A stretch of 64,000 nt of DNA from Nostoc sp. (lineage in GTDB: Bacteria > Cyanobacteriota > Cyanobacteriia > Cyanobacteriales > Nostocaceae): the NCBI GenBank assembly GCA_036918135.1, contig JBALDB010000047.1, positions 20,129-84,128 of the forward strand. Direction: 5' to 3'. The position numbers and the translations under genes were made by a program. This document shows, piece after piece, positions 20,688 to 31,224 of this stretch (positions are counted from its first letter, which is position 1; each line of letters opens with the position of its first letter). A model generated the notes under the pieces. That model searched no databases. It was not told the DNA's origin and saw only the letters and a program-made list of their open reading frames with translations.

Positions 20688-22598
20688 TCACAAAATTGTT
20701 CCAGTTTCTTTCAAATAAACCCGTGTAAATGGTTCATCTTCGCCCAAAGCGTAATCTTCAATTAACCCTTTGCGACGAATAGAAATGTTGTTGCTTCTTT
20801 TAATTATCACAGTAGAATTATCGAAGATATCCCGCGCCAAAATCATCTCAGTTTCCGTAGGGTCATCCAAAACTACAATATTACTGCGCTGATAAAACAT
20901 ACCGTCTTGCTCTAATATGTCTTGTGGATACTCAGCAATCAACAAATCAACTTTGGGATGACGCAGCAAAGTTTGAACGTTAGTGTTGTAATTTTTGCTT
21001 AATACTTTTTTCGAGCGATTTACAAAAACTGCATCATGACAAACAGCGCCGATTGTCCAGTCGGGATGTTGCAAAAGAATATGGTCAATTGTTGTTTGCA
21101 GTTCTTCAACTGAGATTTTATTAAACGTAATAATCGGTATCCTGGCATCTGCACCGGACTCAAAAAACGTTTCTAAAATATGAGAAGGTACATCAACGCT
21201 TTCACCTTCAGATGGTTTAAGATGCATTAAAATTCCTGGTGCAGCGTTGATTTCCAAGATAGCGAAGTTACTTGATTTCCAAGATTCTGAGAGACTTTTG
21301 GTAATGACATCAATACCTAGACAAGTTAGCTGAAAGTGTTGGGCAATATCTTGGGCGAGGATAATATTGTCATCATGAAGCGTGTGTGTTGCATTGATGC
21401 TTATACCGCCAGCTGATAAATTGGCAACTTTACGTAGGTAGATAGTGCGCCCTTTCTCAATCACACTGTTCAATGACAAACGCTGTTCGTCTAGATAGAG
21501 TTCCATCGCATCATCCACCAGAATTTTACTCATCGGCGAGGTGGGTGAGTCTAAACGTGCGGGGAGACGGTTCTCTTGGCGAATTAATTCGGCTATGGTT
21601 AAGTAGCCATCACCAACAACCGATGCTGGACGGCGTTCTGTGGCGGCGACGAATTTGCCATCGACACACAACAAGCGAAAATCCGATCCGGAGATGCTTT
21701 TCTCGACAATTATTCGGGTTGGTTGGTCTTCGGGAATCGCTGCTACTGCCCTACTGTAAGCAGATTCCAGTTCTTTTGAGTCTTGTACGTCAGCCGTGAC
21801 CCCAATTCCTTTGTGACCTACCACTGGCTTAACTGCTACTGGGTAACCAATCTCTTTAGCTGCTGCTAAAGCTTCCTTTTCAGAAAAGACGATATCGCCT
21901 TCAGGCACTGGAAAACCCAAAGTTTTCAAAAATGCCTTACAGTCATCTTTACGGGTAGTAAATTCCGAATCTAGATGGCTATCACAGTTAAACGTTGTTG
22001 CTACCCCGCGCACGTGTTTTCTTCCTAAACCGTATTGCATTAATCCTTCTTCCCACAGATAAAATGCAGGAATACCTTTTTCATCGGCTGTTCGCAATAG
22101 GGCGTAGATTGTAGGGCCACCGTAGACAGATGCGCGAAACCTACTTTGCAGCTTTACTAACCGCTCCTCAAAGTCGAAGTCTTCGTCCTCGGTAATGGCT
22201 TCAAACCAATCCCAAACAAAGTAGACTACTTCTCTAGTTGTGCGTTCGTGTAAGGATTCGACGCTAATTCGCGTGCATTTTGGATATGGCTCGACACTCC
22301 AGTGATTAAGGTGCAAATCCATGTCCAATTTTCCGACTTGTGACACCACTTGGGCAAAGAGATGGGCATAGGATTCGTAGCTTTGCTCACCTAGATGGGG
22401 ATAGCGCGAACCAATCTTAGAAATATAATCCTCAATAGGCAAAGGCTCTCTCGACTCAACTAGAGCAAAATCAAATACTAATGCCGCTCTATCTAAATAA
22501 GGGTTAGCTCCAATATAATGCTTGAAGTTGAAAATATCGAATACATCCCTTTTTCTAGCATTAATCCGGACTAAATCACTACTTTTTTGTTGAACCAT
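20688..22598 (-). CDS. cphA2: Cyanophycin synthetase 2 (beta-Asp-Arg ligating, short type)
   Basis: 636 aa ATP-grasp (VKPVVGHKGIGV, ANLSAGG, LEINAAPG) with degenerate Mur-ligase C-terminus; divergent from cphB2. Confidence 0.9.
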   Translation of the reverse strand: MVQQKSSDLVRINARKRDVFDIFNFKHYIGANPYLDRAALVFDFALVESREPLPIEDYISKIGSRYPHLGEQSYESYAHLFAQVVSQVGKLDMDLHLNHWSVEPYPKCTRISVESLHERTTREVVYFVWDWFEAITEDEDFDFEERLVKLQSRFRASVYGGPTIYALLRTADEKGIPAFYLWEEGLMQYGLGRKHVRGVATTFNCDSHLDSEFTTRKDDCKAFLKTLGFPVPEGDIVFSEKEALAAAKEIGYPVAVKPVVGHKGIGVTADVQDSKELESAYSRAVAAIPEDQPTRIIVEKSISGSDFRLLCVDGKFVAATERRPASVVGDGYLTIAELIRQENRLPARLDSPTSPMSKILVDDAMELYLDEQRLSLNSVIEKGRTIYLRKVANLSAGGISINATHTLHDDNIILAQDIAQHFQLTCLGIDVITKSLSESWKSSNFAILEINAAPGILMHLKPSEGESVDVPSHILETFFESGADARIPIITFNKISVEELQTTIDHILLQHPDWTIGAVCHDAVFVNRSKKVLSKNYNTNVQTLLRHPKVDLLIAEYPQDILEQDGMFYQRSNIVVLDDPTETEMILARDIFDNSTVIIKRSNNISIRRKGLIEDYALGEDEPFTRVYLKETGTIL

Positions 22599-23099
22599 TG
22601 ATTACGAACCTTTGGCTAAACACCCTGGAATTGAGATGCTGAGTTGCGATTACTCAGACTTAATGATTATTAGAATTCAGAAGTTAGAAGACTTACACAA
22701 TCATCAGAATATTTAATGAATCAGATAAAGGAGTATACGGAGTATACTAAAGTCTTGATAAATTATCAACGATTAACGGCAGTTGCTTCAACTTTGTAAA
22801 CTAGAGCAATGTCCTGCCTCCCCTTGAATGCTGAATTTTGACAATTAATTCACATTTATTATGCGGATTTATGGTTTTGCCTTGAATTGAACCGAACTTA
22901 ACTTAACGATATTATTAAGTATCTACAACTATCTCAAGGCAGAATTAAATATTCATTCTTGAGCGAAAAAAAATCACATTCAGTTCATCCTGATGAATAA
23001 TTAAAGATATAACCTTTGAAAGGTGCTATCCTTTACCAAAAATTGGTATAACACACATAGAAGATATTGATAATAAGGGTATTAGGGAGACAGCAAAGT

Positions 23100-23303
23100 A
23101 TGAATAGCACACAAGCTGCTCTAAGAGATGAAGTTAGATTACTAGCTGAGGAAGCTTTTCATCAAAAGCTGATTTCCGGACATGGAGATGGGCCAGATAT
23201 TAGAGAGTATCAAATTGTGTATCAAGGTAAACCCAGGCATCTCCCACTAGAACAAGCACGTCTTTTCTTAAATAACTTGCTTTTCAAAAGCAAAATTTAT
23301 TAA
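23100..23303 (+). CDS. Small hypothetical protein between cphA2 and cphB2
   Basis: ATG ORF with upstream GGGAG RBS. Confidence 0.65.
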   Translation: MNSTQAALRDEVRLLAEEAFHQKLISGHGDGPDIREYQIVYQGKPRHLPLEQARLFLNNLLFKSKIY

Positions 23304-23764
23304 ATAATTGATGAATTACTTGAGGAATTTAATTGCACTTATAGTAATTTAATCTGATTTTTGAACTTATTTGGTTTAGTAGCGAGTAGTAAGTAGGAAA
23401 TTAAAGAATCAACATTTTGGAGTTTTGCATAGCGAGAGCAAAAAGAAAATAGAATTCAGATAGCTAGAATTAATAACAATTACTCTTACACGAAAAATTT
23501 GCGCTCGCCACTTACCAATATCATCACCAAAGCCTCTGGAAATTCACTCTAGAGGCTGTTGACACTGTAGGTTTTAGTTAGTAACAAGTACCTAGTTTTT
23601 GAGAAGAGTTATTTTTTAATTTAGTTTTAGAGAAAAATCACTTGGTTCCATGAGGTTGCAGATTTTAATACTAGCTATTTTCAAGTAATCTACCCAATGG
23701 AAGATATTATAAGTTTAATTGTCATGGTTTATTGAAATTTATCTAAATCAAATTAGGAGTAGTT

Positions 23765-24613
23765 ATGTTAGAAAATAATCCTAAACGACAGTTGGTAATT
23801 ATTGGTGGAGCCGAAGATAAAGAGGGAGATTCCCAAATTTTACGGGAATTTGTGCGTCGTTCTGGAGGTACAAAAGCGAACATTGTGATTATGACAGCGG
23901 CGACAGAACTACCGAGAGAAGTGGGAGAAAATTATATTAGAGTGTTTGAGCGATTAGGAGCCGAGAGTGTCCGGATAATTGATACAGAAACTCGTGATGA
24001 TGCATCTTCATCTACGGCATTGCAGGCTATTGATAAAGCAACTGGGGTATTTTTTACTGGGGGAGACCAAGCTCGCATTACCAGCATTCTTAAGGACACT
24101 GAAATTGATTCGGCAATTCACAAACGGTTCTCTGAAGGTATAGTTGTTGCAGGCACCAGCGCCGGAGCTGCTGTAATGCCAGATAAAATGATCGTTGAAG
24201 GTGACTCCCAAACTAACCCAAGAATGGAAACTGTAGAAATGGGGCCTGGTATGGGATTTCTCCCAGGGGTGGTAATCGATCAACATTTTTCTCAGCGTGG
24301 AAGATTGGGACGGTTAATTTCCGCTTTAATACTAGAGCCTGCTGTTTTGGGATTCGGTATTGATGAGAATACCGCAATGGTTGTCACAGATAATCAAATT
24401 GAAGTGGTTGGTCAAGGTGCAGTCACAATTGTCGATGAATCAGAGGCTACATATAACAATATGGATGAAATTTTGAAAGATGAGCCGTTGGCGATTTGCG
24501 GAGCCAAACTGCATATCTTACCACATGGGTTTAAATTTGACCTCAAAACCCGCCAGCCTATCCTCAATAACAGCTCTGTAGCAAATATCTCTGTACCAGT
24601 TAGCTCAGTTTAA
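23765..24613 (+). CDS. cphB2: Cyanophycinase family protein
   Basis: IIGGAEDK, FTGGDQ, GTSAGA nucleophile motif, DQHFSQRGRLGRL, GIDENT. Confidence 0.92.
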   Translation: MLENNPKRQLVIIGGAEDKEGDSQILREFVRRSGGTKANIVIMTAATELPREVGENYIRVFERLGAESVRIIDTETRDDASSSTALQAIDKATGVFFTGGDQARITSILKDTEIDSAIHKRFSEGIVVAGTSAGAAVMPDKMIVEGDSQTNPRMETVEMGPGMGFLPGVVIDQHFSQRGRLGRLISALILEPAVLGFGIDENTAMVVTDNQIEVVGQGAVTIVDESEATYNNMDEILKDEPLAICGAKLHILPHGFKFDLKTRQPILNNSSVANISVPVSSV

Positions 24614-24782
24614 GCAACAGCTAACCTTTAGGAATGGAGATGAAATAAGTGGATTCTTCTTCGCCATCCTTGTCAAGCAATGTTAAGAATTAGTTAATAA
24701 ACGTTTAATTAGGCAAAATGCAGTCATTATAAAATACTGGGAAAATTGAAATAATTTCCCAGTTTTTTAGTATCTTACCTCA

Positions 24783-25580
24783 ATGAAAGCAATCATATTA
24801 GCTGCTGGTGTTGGACAACGCTTAGGTAAAGATGGGCAAATCCAACCCAAATGCTTACTGAAGTTTAGCGGCAAATCTTTATTAGAGCGCCATTTGAACT
24901 ATCTTCGTCATTACCAAATAGATGAAGTAGTAATTGCCGTGGGTTACCAAGCAGAAAAAATTCAGGATGAAATCAAAGCATTGGAAGCGGAAAATTGGGT
25001 TAGTACAGTTTACAATTCTGACTATACCAAAGGTAGTGTTATCAGTTTGTGGACTTTAGGTCAACATCTTGCTGCTGCTGATGATTTATTATTAATGGAT
25101 GCAGATGTTTTATACGATCGCCAAATTATCGAACGATTAGTGAAGACAAATATTTCTAATTGTTTCTTGTTGGATCGAGATTTTGAAGCGGGGGATGAAC
25201 CAGTAAAGCTTTGTGTCAAAGACGGTTATTTAGTTGAGTTTCGCAAACAAGTGGCTTGCAACCTAACTTATGATTTGATGGGCGAGTCAGTCGGATTCTT
25301 TCGCTTTGAAAATGCGATCGCTCGCCGTCTTGCCAGCCGCACAGAACAATATGTTGATGACGGACTGCACGACCAACCCTATGAAGAAGTAATTCGGGAT
25401 TTGCTGTTAGAAACTCCAGAAAAATTTGGCTATGAAGACATCACTGGTTTACCTTGGATTGAAATCGATTTTCCCCAGGATATTCAACGCGCCCAAAACC
25501 AGACTTTACCCCAGATTGAAATAGCAGAGAAGAGAAATTTTACCAAAGTAGATTCTTTTGAAAGCAAACTACAAACATAA
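24783..25580 (+). CDS. LicC/PntC-like phosphocholine/phosphonate cytidylyltransferase
   Basis: ILAAGVGQRL...PKCLL, MDADVLYD, GESVG, WIEIDFPQD; directly upstream of the PEP mutase. Confidence 0.88.
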   Translation: MKAIILAAGVGQRLGKDGQIQPKCLLKFSGKSLLERHLNYLRHYQIDEVVIAVGYQAEKIQDEIKALEAENWVSTVYNSDYTKGSVISLWTLGQHLAAADDLLLMDADVLYDRQIIERLVKTNISNCFLLDRDFEAGDEPVKLCVKDGYLVEFRKQVACNLTYDLMGESVGFFRFENAIARRLASRTEQYVDDGLHDQPYEEVIRDLLLETPEKFGYEDITGLPWIEIDFPQDIQRAQNQTLPQIEIAEKRNFTKVDSFESKLQT

Positions 25581-25827
25581 CATAATTTATAATCACGAAG
25601 TCAAACAAACTTGAGTTAAAATAATTCGTAATTGATAAAGAAACTCGACGAATCGCTAACGTAACTCTTAATTCTTACCCTATAATTAAGCATTTGTATC
25701 CGAACTAAAACTTCCTGAAATCATAACTTTGTCAAAAAAGTTAGAGAAAAAGCTCGTAAATTACGAATTAGTAATTATCGGGCCATCTCAAATCATCTTT
25801 ATTTGAAAGGTTAAAACAAGCACAATA

Positions 25828-27483
25828 ATGAATGAAATATTTGCACCCGTCATCAACACTGCAAAATTAAGTAAGTGTTCCCAACTGCGGGCGTTATTGG
25901 AATCGCCGCAACTCGAATTTATCATGGAAGCTCACAATGGAATTAGCGCCCGCATTGTGGAAGAAGCTGGATTTAAAGGAATTTGGGCGAGTGGATTAGC
26001 TGTTTCGGCTCAATATGGCGTTCGAGACAATAATGAAGCCAGTTGGACTCAAGTTGTAGAAATGCTAGAGTTCATGTCTGATGTTACCAGCATCCCGATT
26101 TTATTAGACGGCGATACCGGTTATGGCAACTTTAATAATATGCGTCGCCTGGTGAGGAAGATAGAACAGCGAGGTATTGCTGGAGTTTGTATTGAGGATA
26201 AACTTTTTCCTAAAACCAATAGCTTTATTAACGGTAGTCGCCAAGCCTTGGCTGATATCGATGAATTCTGCGGCAAAATTAAGGCAGGCAAAGATAGCCA
26301 AACACATGCAGATTTCTGCATCATTGCTCGACTTGAAGCCTTGATTGCCGGTTGGGATCTCTCAGAAGCATTACGGCGAGCCGAAGCTTACCATGCAGCA
26401 GGAGCAAACGCCATCCTGATTCACAGTAAATCATCGCGTCCTGACCAAGTGCTAGCCTTTGCTAAAGAGTGGGCGGGACGCTCGCCATTAGTAATTGTAC
26501 CGACTAAATATTACAGCACCCCTACTGATGTGTTTCGCAAAGCCGAAGTTAATTTGGTCATCTGGGCAAATCATTTGATTCGAGCTGCTGTTGCCAGTAT
26601 GCAAGCGATCGCCCGCGAAGTTCAAGCTAGCGAAACTTTAATCAACATTGAAGATGATGTTGCACCAGTTAAAGAAATTTTCCGCCTCCAGGGAGCCGAC
26701 GAACTTCTAGAAGCTGAAAAACGCTACTTCAGTAATGGACGCCACCACACCCAGGCGATTGTTCTGGCTGCTAGCAGAGGACAAGAATTAGCAGGATTGA
26801 CTCAAGATAAACCAAAAGTCATGTTACCTCTTGGAGGTAAACCCCTGCTCAGGCTTTTGGTGGACAAATTCAAGAAACTTGCCATCAACGATATTACCGT
26901 TGTCGCAGGTTACAAAGCAGAAACTATTAACGTTACGGGGACAAAAGTCATTCGTAACCCAGATTATGAAACAACTGGAGAATTAGCATCCTTAGCCTGC
27001 GCCCAAGCCAGCTTCGCTGACGAAATGCTGGTACTTTACGGCGATTTACTATTTAGAAGCTATATCTTGCGGGATTTATTAGAATGTCCTGGGGAAATTG
27101 TGGCTGTGGTTGATTCTTTAATTAACTCTAAGTCAGTTAGTGGTTCCCCTGATTATGCTTATTGTTCAATTCTCGATGACCTTTCGATTTTTGGACAAGA
27201 TGTAAAGCTTTTGCATATCTCCAAGGAAACGCAAACTCAATTTGGGAATTCCTGCGGACGCTGGATTGGAATGTTGCGCTTACGCAGTCAAGGTAGACAG
27301 TGGGTGAGTGAAGCACTCAATGAATTGCAAACGCGACCAGAATTTAACAATTTGGGTTTGCCAGAATTATGCAATTATTTAATCGAGCAAGGCAAACCAA
27401 TTAAAGTGCTTTATATTCGCGGTAACTGGTTAGATGTTAATTCTTTAGATGACCTTGATTTAGCGTTTCAATTGAAACAATAG
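25828..27483 (+). CDS. aepX: Phosphoenolpyruvate mutase fused to C-terminal cytidylyltransferase domain
   Basis: PEP-mutase signature [10 protein letters not shown] (EDK-X5-NS), DGDTGYG, VPTKY, IWANH; second domain LAASRG...KPKVML...YGDLLF...WLDVNS. Confidence 0.96.
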   Translation: MNEIFAPVINTAKLSKCSQLRALLESPQLEFIMEAHNGISARIVEEAGFKGIWASGLAVSAQYGVRDNNEASWTQVVEMLEFMSDVTSIPILLDGDTGYGNFNNMRRLVRKIEQRGIAGVCIEDKLFPKTNSFINGSRQALADIDEFCGKIKAGKDSQTHADFCIIARLEALIAGWDLSEALRRAEAYHAAGANAILIHSKSSRPDQVLAFAKEWAGRSPLVIVPTKYYSTPTDVFRKAEVNLVIWANHLIRAAVASMQAIAREVQASETLINIEDDVAPVKEIFRLQGADELLEAEKRYFSNGRHHTQAIVLAASRGQELAGLTQDKPKVMLPLGGKPLLRLLVDKFKKLAINDITVVAGYKAETINVTGTKVIRNPDYETTGELASLACAQASFADEMLVLYGDLLFRSYILRDLLECPGEIVAVVDSLINSKSVSGSPDYAYCSILDDLSIFGQDVKLLHISKETQTQFGNSCGRWIGMLRLRSQGRQWVSEALNELQTRPEFNNLGLPELCNYLIEQGKPIKVLYIRGNWLDVNSLDDLDLAFQLKQ

Positions 27484-27682
27484 GGAATGGGGATGAGGGA
27501 GATGTGGTTCGACTCCCTTCCCTACGGGACGCTGCGCGTAGCTTGCTTCCCCGCAGGGGTACGACTACGCTCAGGGCAAGTCACTCACCAACCGGGAGAT
27601 GAGGGAGTTTGAGGTTTTGAGGCTCAACTTTGAACTTCTGAACTCGAACGTTGAGGTTTTGAACTCGAATGTTGAGGTGCTT
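27482..27682. repeat. Nested small dispersed repeats plus 21-bp tandem units
   Basis: gggatgagggag flanks, ttcgact...cgctcagggcaag repeat, tgaactcgaa(c/t)gttgagg at 27639 and 27660. Confidence 0.6.
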
Positions 27683-28085
27683 AATCAGCTATGCTGACAC
27701 CTGACTACTACTTATGTGGCAAAAATCAATTAAGCCGCTGAAAAATTAGAGTCATACCAAGTTGCAATCATATCTAGTATTTCTCCCCCAGCCTAAAGAG
27801 GCTCTCCTGCTTCAAGAGCCTGTCTAAATTCATCCCACTGTTCTGCAACGCCGAAATTGCGATCGGCGATTTGTTGGATATAACAATATAAAAATTTTAT
27901 TAAATATTTTCTTAACTGTCTTAACTCTCTTAACTGTCCTTGTATTTCCATTAGAAAAGTAAGAGTATGTTTATGTGAGTCAGCAGTATTTTTACTGTTA
28001 TATTTAGACGCAATTGTAATAGTAAATACTAATACTCATACTTGCTTTACTGAAAACTTAAATCTAAGTAAAGAGGATCTGTAAA

Positions 28086-28466
28086 ATGAAAAAGATGATA
28101 ATTGCCTTGTTAATCATGCTCGGCTTAAGCTTATCACTAGGTCAGGGGCCAGCGGTTGCTGCTGGTAACGACTGCTTGAAAACGCTAAATACTGGTTCAG
28201 CTACTACCATCCCAGTTTTTTATGAAGATCAGGCTGCTTTCTACGGCTGGTCGGGAGGTGTGATTACTAATGATATGTACTACAACTCCTGTGGTCAAAC
28301 TGTAACTGTCAAAGTTAACTACGCTGACTGGGATAAGCTTCGCAAAGAAGGAAAGCTAGATGGTATCCGATATATATACAAAACGCCCAAGGAATCTAAA
28401 ATTGGTCTTAGGAAGATTGTAGGAACTGAACCCCAAGATGTGAAACCTGAAGATTTCTACAGCTAG
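28086..28466 (+). CDS. Secreted hypothetical protein
   Basis: AGAGGA RBS, signal peptide MKKMIIALLIMLGLSLSLGQGPAVAA, two Cys. Confidence 0.78.
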   Translation: MKKMIIALLIMLGLSLSLGQGPAVAAGNDCLKTLNTGSATTIPVFYEDQAAFYGWSGGVITNDMYYNSCGQTVTVKVNYADWDKLRKEGKLDGIRYIYKTPKESKIGLRKIVGTEPQDVKPEDFYS

Positions 28467-28540
28467 AGAAGACTAACACCTTCACTAATTGATTGGTCTG
28501 GTTTTAGCTTGAAAGCTGACATCATCAGGTAATTTTTCCT

Positions 28541-28669
28541 GAATTACGTCTAATGTGAATTGAGACTTGAAAATCTTTCGATTTCGTTGATGATTCCAAA
28601 ATTACTATTTTTTCCAAGCCTGGAAACCCTTGGAGAAATGGAATTTTTCAAGTCACATCACGCGTAATT
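28541..28669. mobile_element. MITE-like element
   Basis: Inverted ends aattacg..atgtga / tcacat..cgtaatt and internal gacttgaaaa / ttttcaagtc. Confidence 0.45.
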
Positions 28670-28795
28670 TTGGAGAATATATTAGGAATGGCGATCGCTC
28701 ACTCAGTCTAACAGATGAGATGAGCGATCGCTTTTAGGTAACTTGCAGAAATAAATGATTATAGTTAATTTTTGACTGTCAGCCCACAATTATTT

Positions 28796-29977
28796 ATGAT
28801 TGAAGCACAGGAATTTGTCGAAGCTGCTCGTAATTTTGGTTTTGATTGGTATACTGGCGTACCCTGTTCTTTTCTGACGCCATTTATTAACTACGTGATT
28901 AATGACCCTCAACTGACTTATATTTCCGCAGCTAATGAGGGAGATGCTGTGGCGATCGCAGCCGGAGCTACAATTGCTGGTAAATATGCAGTGGTGATGA
29001 TGCAAAATTCTGGTTTGGGGAATGCAGTTAACCCCCTGACTTCACTGACTTATATCTTTCGGATTCCACTGTTAGTTATTTGTACGCTAAGGGGCGATTA
29101 TAATTTGCAAGATGAACCGCAACATGAATTAATGGGGCAAATCACAGACAAATTGCTGGAAACTATGACTGTACCTTGGGAATTTTTCCCCACAAACGCA
29201 GCAGAAATAGAACCAGTCTTGCAAAGAGCTACAGCTTACATGAAAAAAGAGCATCGTCCCTATGCTTTAATTATGCGTAAGGGAACAATTGCGCCCCATG
29301 CACTCACCCGTTCTTCTATCCACAAACGCGAAGATAACAGTGACGCTCATATTCAGCAAAGCTTTTTTCGAGGTAACCAAGAACAACGCATTTCCCGCAG
29401 CCAAGCTTTAGCTCGAATTATGGAACTCGTTGATACTGAAAATACTGTCATAATTGCTACTACAGGATATACTGGGCGCGAACTCTTCGCCAGTAAAGAC
29501 AGCGCCAATCATCTGTATATGGTCGGGTCAATGGGTTGCGCTTCCTCAATGGCTTTGGGACTTTCTTTAGCACGGAAAGACCTCAAGGTAGTGGTGATTG
29601 ATGGCGATGGTGCAGCATTGATGCGAATGGGTAATTTTGCGACTATCGGTACTTATGGCGGTGCTAATTTAATCCATATTCTCTTAGATAATGAAGTCCA
29701 CGATTCCACAGGCGCACAAGCCACCGTCTCTTTTGGTATCTCCTTTGCCAAAATTGCCGAAGCCTGCGGTTATGGCGTCATGTTAGCCGGAGACGACCCC
29801 GCGCTTTTAGATGTTTTATTTACCGCAGATACCAAAACTAGACCAAAATTTGCTCATCTAAAAATCCGTCCCGGAACCCTAGAAAAGCTACCCCGACCCA
29901 ACCTCGCCCCAGAAGCAGTTTTGCAACGCTTCATGAAACATATTAAGGAAGTAGAGACTGATACCGTTTCACTTTAA
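28796..29977 (+). CDS. aepY: Phosphonopyruvate decarboxylase
   Basis: GVPCSFL, AANEG, MQNSGLGNAVNPLTSL, DEPQH, VGSMGCASS, DGDGAALMRMG...N..HDSTGAQ. Confidence 0.95.
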   Translation: MIEAQEFVEAARNFGFDWYTGVPCSFLTPFINYVINDPQLTYISAANEGDAVAIAAGATIAGKYAVVMMQNSGLGNAVNPLTSLTYIFRIPLLVICTLRGDYNLQDEPQHELMGQITDKLLETMTVPWEFFPTNAAEIEPVLQRATAYMKKEHRPYALIMRKGTIAPHALTRSSIHKREDNSDAHIQQSFFRGNQEQRISRSQALARIMELVDTENTVIIATTGYTGRELFASKDSANHLYMVGSMGCASSMALGLSLARKDLKVVVIDGDGAALMRMGNFATIGTYGGANLIHILLDNEVHDSTGAQATVSFGISFAKIAEACGYGVMLAGDDPALLDVLFTADTKTRPKFAHLKIRPGTLEKLPRPNLAPEAVLQRFMKHIKEVETDTVSL

Positions 29978-30073
29978 AATTGATGCAAATGGCAGCAGGG
30001 GAGCAGGGAGCAGGGGGCAGGGGGAAAGAATTAAATACCAATCATTTGTATTAAATATTTCGTGAAATGGTAT
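29961..30073. mobile_element. MITE overlapping the aepY stop codon
   Basis: TIR ATACCGTTTCAC / GTGAAATGGTAT (11/12 match) with internal gcaggg repeats. Confidence 0.65.
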
Positions 30074-30103
30074 GAGAGAGACGCGGGGACGCGGGGAATA
30101 ACT

Positions 30104-30147
30104 AATGACCAATGACAAATGACAAATGACCAATGACAAATGACAAA
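30104..30147. repeat. STRR heptamer array (AATGACA/C)
   Basis: aatgaccaatgacaaatgacaaatgaccaatgacaaatgacaa. Confidence 0.8.
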
Positions 30148-31224
30148 ATGATTTTACTAAATCCGGGCCCTGTTAATTTGAGCGATCGCGTCAGAAATGC
30201 GCTCTTATGTCCCGATTTGTGTCATCGGGAAGTGGAATTTTCTCAACTTCAAAGTAAAATCCGCGAACAATTACTTCAAGTTTATGACTTAGAAGGCGAT
30301 CGCTGGGCAGCAGTTTTACTGACGGGTTCTGGTACAGCAGCGATGGAAGCTATGGTCAGCAGTTTAGTACCCAGGAATGGGAAATTGCTGGTAATTGAAA
30401 ACGGCGTATATGGTGAACGATTATCTAAAATTGCTAAAATCCACGAGATTAATTACATCACTCTTTCCCACCCTTGGGATGCTGAAATAGATATCAAGGG
30501 TTTAATTAAACTCCTGGATGAAAACGCCGACATCACTTACCTTGCTGTTGTCCATCACGAAACTACTACTGGTCGCTTGAATAACTTGGTGGAAGTTGCT
30601 GCGATTTGTCAACAACGCCGCATCGAACTATTAGTAGATGCAGTTAGCAGCTTTGGTGCTGAGGAACTGAATTTTAGAGATTGGGGAATTACCGCTTGTG
30701 CTGCAACGGCGAATAAATGTCTGCATGGTGTTCCTGGAACCTCTTTTGTCATCTTGCGACGCGATGTACTGCCGTCAGCAAACACAATCCCTCGCAGTTT
30801 ATATTTAGATTTAGCAACCTATTGCCAACAGCAAGATAAAGGCGGTACACCTTTTACTCAATCAGTACAGACATTTTATGCTTTAGCAGAAGCTTTGCAA
30901 GAAATGGTAGAAGCAGGAGGATGGCGTGCTAGACACAGCTATTACAGCCAACTGGCAAACTTAGTTAGAAACGGCTTAGCCTCAATCGGAATTAAACCTT
31001 TACTTCCCGAAGGAAGTTCATCTGTAGTTTTGAATGCCTACTATTTACCAGATAATTTCAGCTATGAAGAATTTCACGACCAACTCAAAGCCCAAAATTA
31101 TGTAATTTATTCTGGACAGGGAAATTTCTCAAAATCTATCTTTCGAGTATCGACAATGGGAGCTATTACCCAAGCTGATATGGAACGATTTCTTAGTGTT
31201 GTTGAAGAAATTATATCAAAGTAA
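30148..31224 (+). CDS. aepZ: 2-aminoethylphosphonate aminotransferase (AepZ/PhnW family)
   Basis: LLNPGPV, GSGTAAME, NGVYGER, HHETTTG, DAVSSFG, TANKCLHGVPG (PLP Lys), TPFT. Confidence 0.93.
   Translation: MILLNPGPVNLSDRVRNALLCPDLCHREVEFSQLQSKIREQLLQVYDLEGDRWAAVLLTGSGTAAMEAMVSSLVPRNGKLLVIENGVYGERLSKIAKIHEINYITLSHPWDAEIDIKGLIKLLDENADITYLAVVHHETTTGRLNNLVEVAAICQQRRIELLVDAVSSFGAEELNFRDWGITACAATANKCLHGVPGTSFVILRRDVLPSANTIPRSLYLDLATYCQQQDKGGTPFTQSVQTFYALAEALQEMVEAGGWRARHSYYSQLANLVRNGLASIGIKPLLPEGSSSVVLNAYYLPDNFSYEEFHDQLKAQNYVIYSGQGNFSKSIFRVSTMGAITQADMERFLSVVEEIISK

Noticed and set aside
22731..22748. NtcA site upstream of cphA2
   Set aside because: The palindrome AGTATAC-gga-GTATACT gives GTA-N9-TAC, the wrong spacing.
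25828..26730. Isocitrate/methylisocitrate lyase instead of PEP mutase
   Set aside because: Has EDK-X5-NS rather than the KKCGH/KRCGH lyase motif.
27911..27938. Pho box (CTTAAC repeats) inside the aep cluster
   Set aside because: The period is 9 bp, not the 11 bp expected for SphR/PhoB boxes.
30148..31224. Catabolic phnW role for the transaminase
   Set aside because: It follows PEP mutase and decarboxylase, and no phnX, phnA or phosphonate transporter is in the window.
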